From contig OZ076409.1 in assembly GCA_964187785.1 (NCBI GenBank), positions 51,400,001 through 51,464,000 on the forward strand: a DNA stretch of 64,000 nucleotides. Direction: 5' to 3'. The notes under the pieces were generated by a model. That model saw nothing but the letters and a program-made list of their open reading frames with translations. It was not told the DNA's origin and searched no databases. Position numbers and translations under genes: made by a program. Below, one piece after another: positions 62,148-64,000 of this stretch. The stretch is from Amphiscolops sp. MND2022 (Eukaryota). The first letter of the stretch is position 1. Every line of letters starts with the position of its first letter.

Positions 62148-64000
62148 CTATCAACAAATTCAAAACAGACTTTTTGTTGAAGACTCAAAACGTGAATCTA
62201 TAGGTTATGACGGTTAAGCTGCATTCCAAAGAAGTGTGAAAGAATTCACAATCTTTGAGACAGAATTTAAAAGTATAAAGATGAAAATGCTCGGCAGCTT
62301 ACAAAGAACATAGATATTTGTTAGGTGCCAGAAAACACAAATCAATGGATTTTTAATAGGCTTCATCTCCAATTTATTTTTTTACTTTTGACACTGAATG
62401 TATTCGAACAAGCCAAGAAAGGCCCAAATGACTGACCCGCTTAAGACTCAAATAATGACAAAACTTCTGGAAACGATCATTGTGTAATTCCTGCCATATA
62501 CTTAGATATGGCAAACATTGATAGTTCAGGTGTTTTCTTTTGAAAAATTATTCCAAACACTTGGGTGAAAATTGTTGATTTTTCGATCTTGAATCTTGAC
62601 CAAAAACATTTTGAGAAGAAATTTGCTATATCAATACTGGTCTCGAAACTCGATAGAAGGATCCGTATAATCTTGACAAGATTCTTCAAAATTAAATACT
62701 TTTACTTTTTGCTATTTCCGAAAACTCATAGGTACCTACATTTCAGGTGAACTTCTGCATGGAGAGACAAGACATTACTGCTGGTACGTGAAGAAAATTT
62801 AGATATCGAGGGTGGAGGTAGTTTCGCAAGAAAATTACAATTTCAGAAAGATTTTTGTTTCTTAGAGATTTATTAATCGAAAAACAACTACAACCTGGCT
62901 AAAATTGCGATCAACAAATCAGCCACTTTTAAAATCTCAATTTCTAACTCCGCAAGCTAAATCTCTAACTATTTCACGGTTACCAGAATCAGCCTCAGAT
63001 TCTAATGTTCGCTATCGAGGAGCACGAGTGTAATTTCGAACAAGCATCCTTCCTGCCTTCTGGAGACTCAATTTGGGGTTCTAGTTCTATAGCTCGCTCC
63101 TGGTTACGTGCCATTTCGGATTGTACCGGAGACGGAATTGGAATCCACATCAATACTATTGTATGTGGATTTCCATTCCTCTTCTGGTCCAATCGGATAT
63201 GGCTCGTACGTGTCCTCAAGATTGTGGTCCTTAACTTCCGTCATATTTGAAATTTACATTACTGAAAAATGTAACTCATTCACTCATGTACCAAAAATTG
63301 CCTAATGGACGACATTAAGTCTCGCTCGGGACATTGAGATTGTGACTTGTTTCGAATCATCAAAGGTTCCTTATTACTGGGGATTAGGGCCCTAGGGGTA
63401 ACGATTTCCGACTCACATGATTTCGGTATGGTTTAGTTTCTTGAAGCGGTTTCTTCAGAAAGGTTACTGATACAGTTTTATGCTCGGTAGAAATCGACTA
63501 CCTTCGTTGCTGAAATCCACTTAAGATATTACAACCCAAGGTCAATTGCCTCCTTTCTACTGGGCTTGTTGGCCGGTGCAGGTACCTCAAATAAGCCATG
63601 CGATTCTAGCATGAATGTAACTTGCATGTGTTTTACTTAGGGCTGCTAGATGGAAATCTTTGACAAGTTTTAGGGTTGTGGGGTCGACTGGTGAAGATTT
63701 GCGTATTGTTCACAATTTACCTATGGTTTTTCAATCGAAAATCAGGATGTTTTAGCCGAAAGCTAAAACCATCTCTTTTTGTTCTGGGTTTTTTTTTCAA
63801 AAAGTGGGAGTAAAATGTTGCCTCAGAGACACTTCAAGAGGTTTGACTTAAAATTTGAAATGCGTCGGAGGAAGTTGAAGCTTTGAACTTAAGCAAAGTT
63901 TTCGAACTCCCGCTCTTCAATCTTACCAATTTTGATGTTTAGCTCAAAGGTTCAGCTTCTTTGCCTATGGATTGTTGTTTTCCGACCCCACATTGTACAA

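Noticed and set aside
62995..63262. Upstream (stem) exon of sulfotransferase B
   Set aside because: No acceptor/donor pair gives a stop-free frame; at best a frameshifted remnant.

Overview
This is repeat-dominated eukaryotic (most likely invertebrate) DNA. Positions 1-15602 hold a young, near-intact Ty3/Gypsy LTR retrotransposon on the minus strand. It has a gag with two CCHC knuckles, a -1 A-AAA-AAC frameshift into pol (PR, dUTPase-like insert, RT, RH, IN) and one nonsense codon in RT. Tail-to-tail with pol, on the opposite strand, I reconstruct a six-exon, ~1295-aa gene (2727-7194) encoding a C2H2/BED-type zinc finger plus a catalytically degenerate hAT-transposase-like body. A small acidic ORF with a SUMO-interaction-like motif sits divergently upstream of it, and part of this cassette is duplicated at a 4748-bp offset. 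The only host genes I can support are two carbohydrate-sulfotransferase paralogues on the minus strand. One has a terminal exon at 16373-16980 and probable 5' exons at ~42.0-42.7 kb; the other has a terminal exon at 61513-62147. The rest comprises a 10.4-kb shared-LTR tandem array of a non-coding LTR element nested in a MITE, a 2.67-kb tandem duplication, several MITE families, Helentron/DINE-like repeats, degenerate Gypsy relics and two adjacent long palindromes. No database searches were run; family calls rest on motif recognition.
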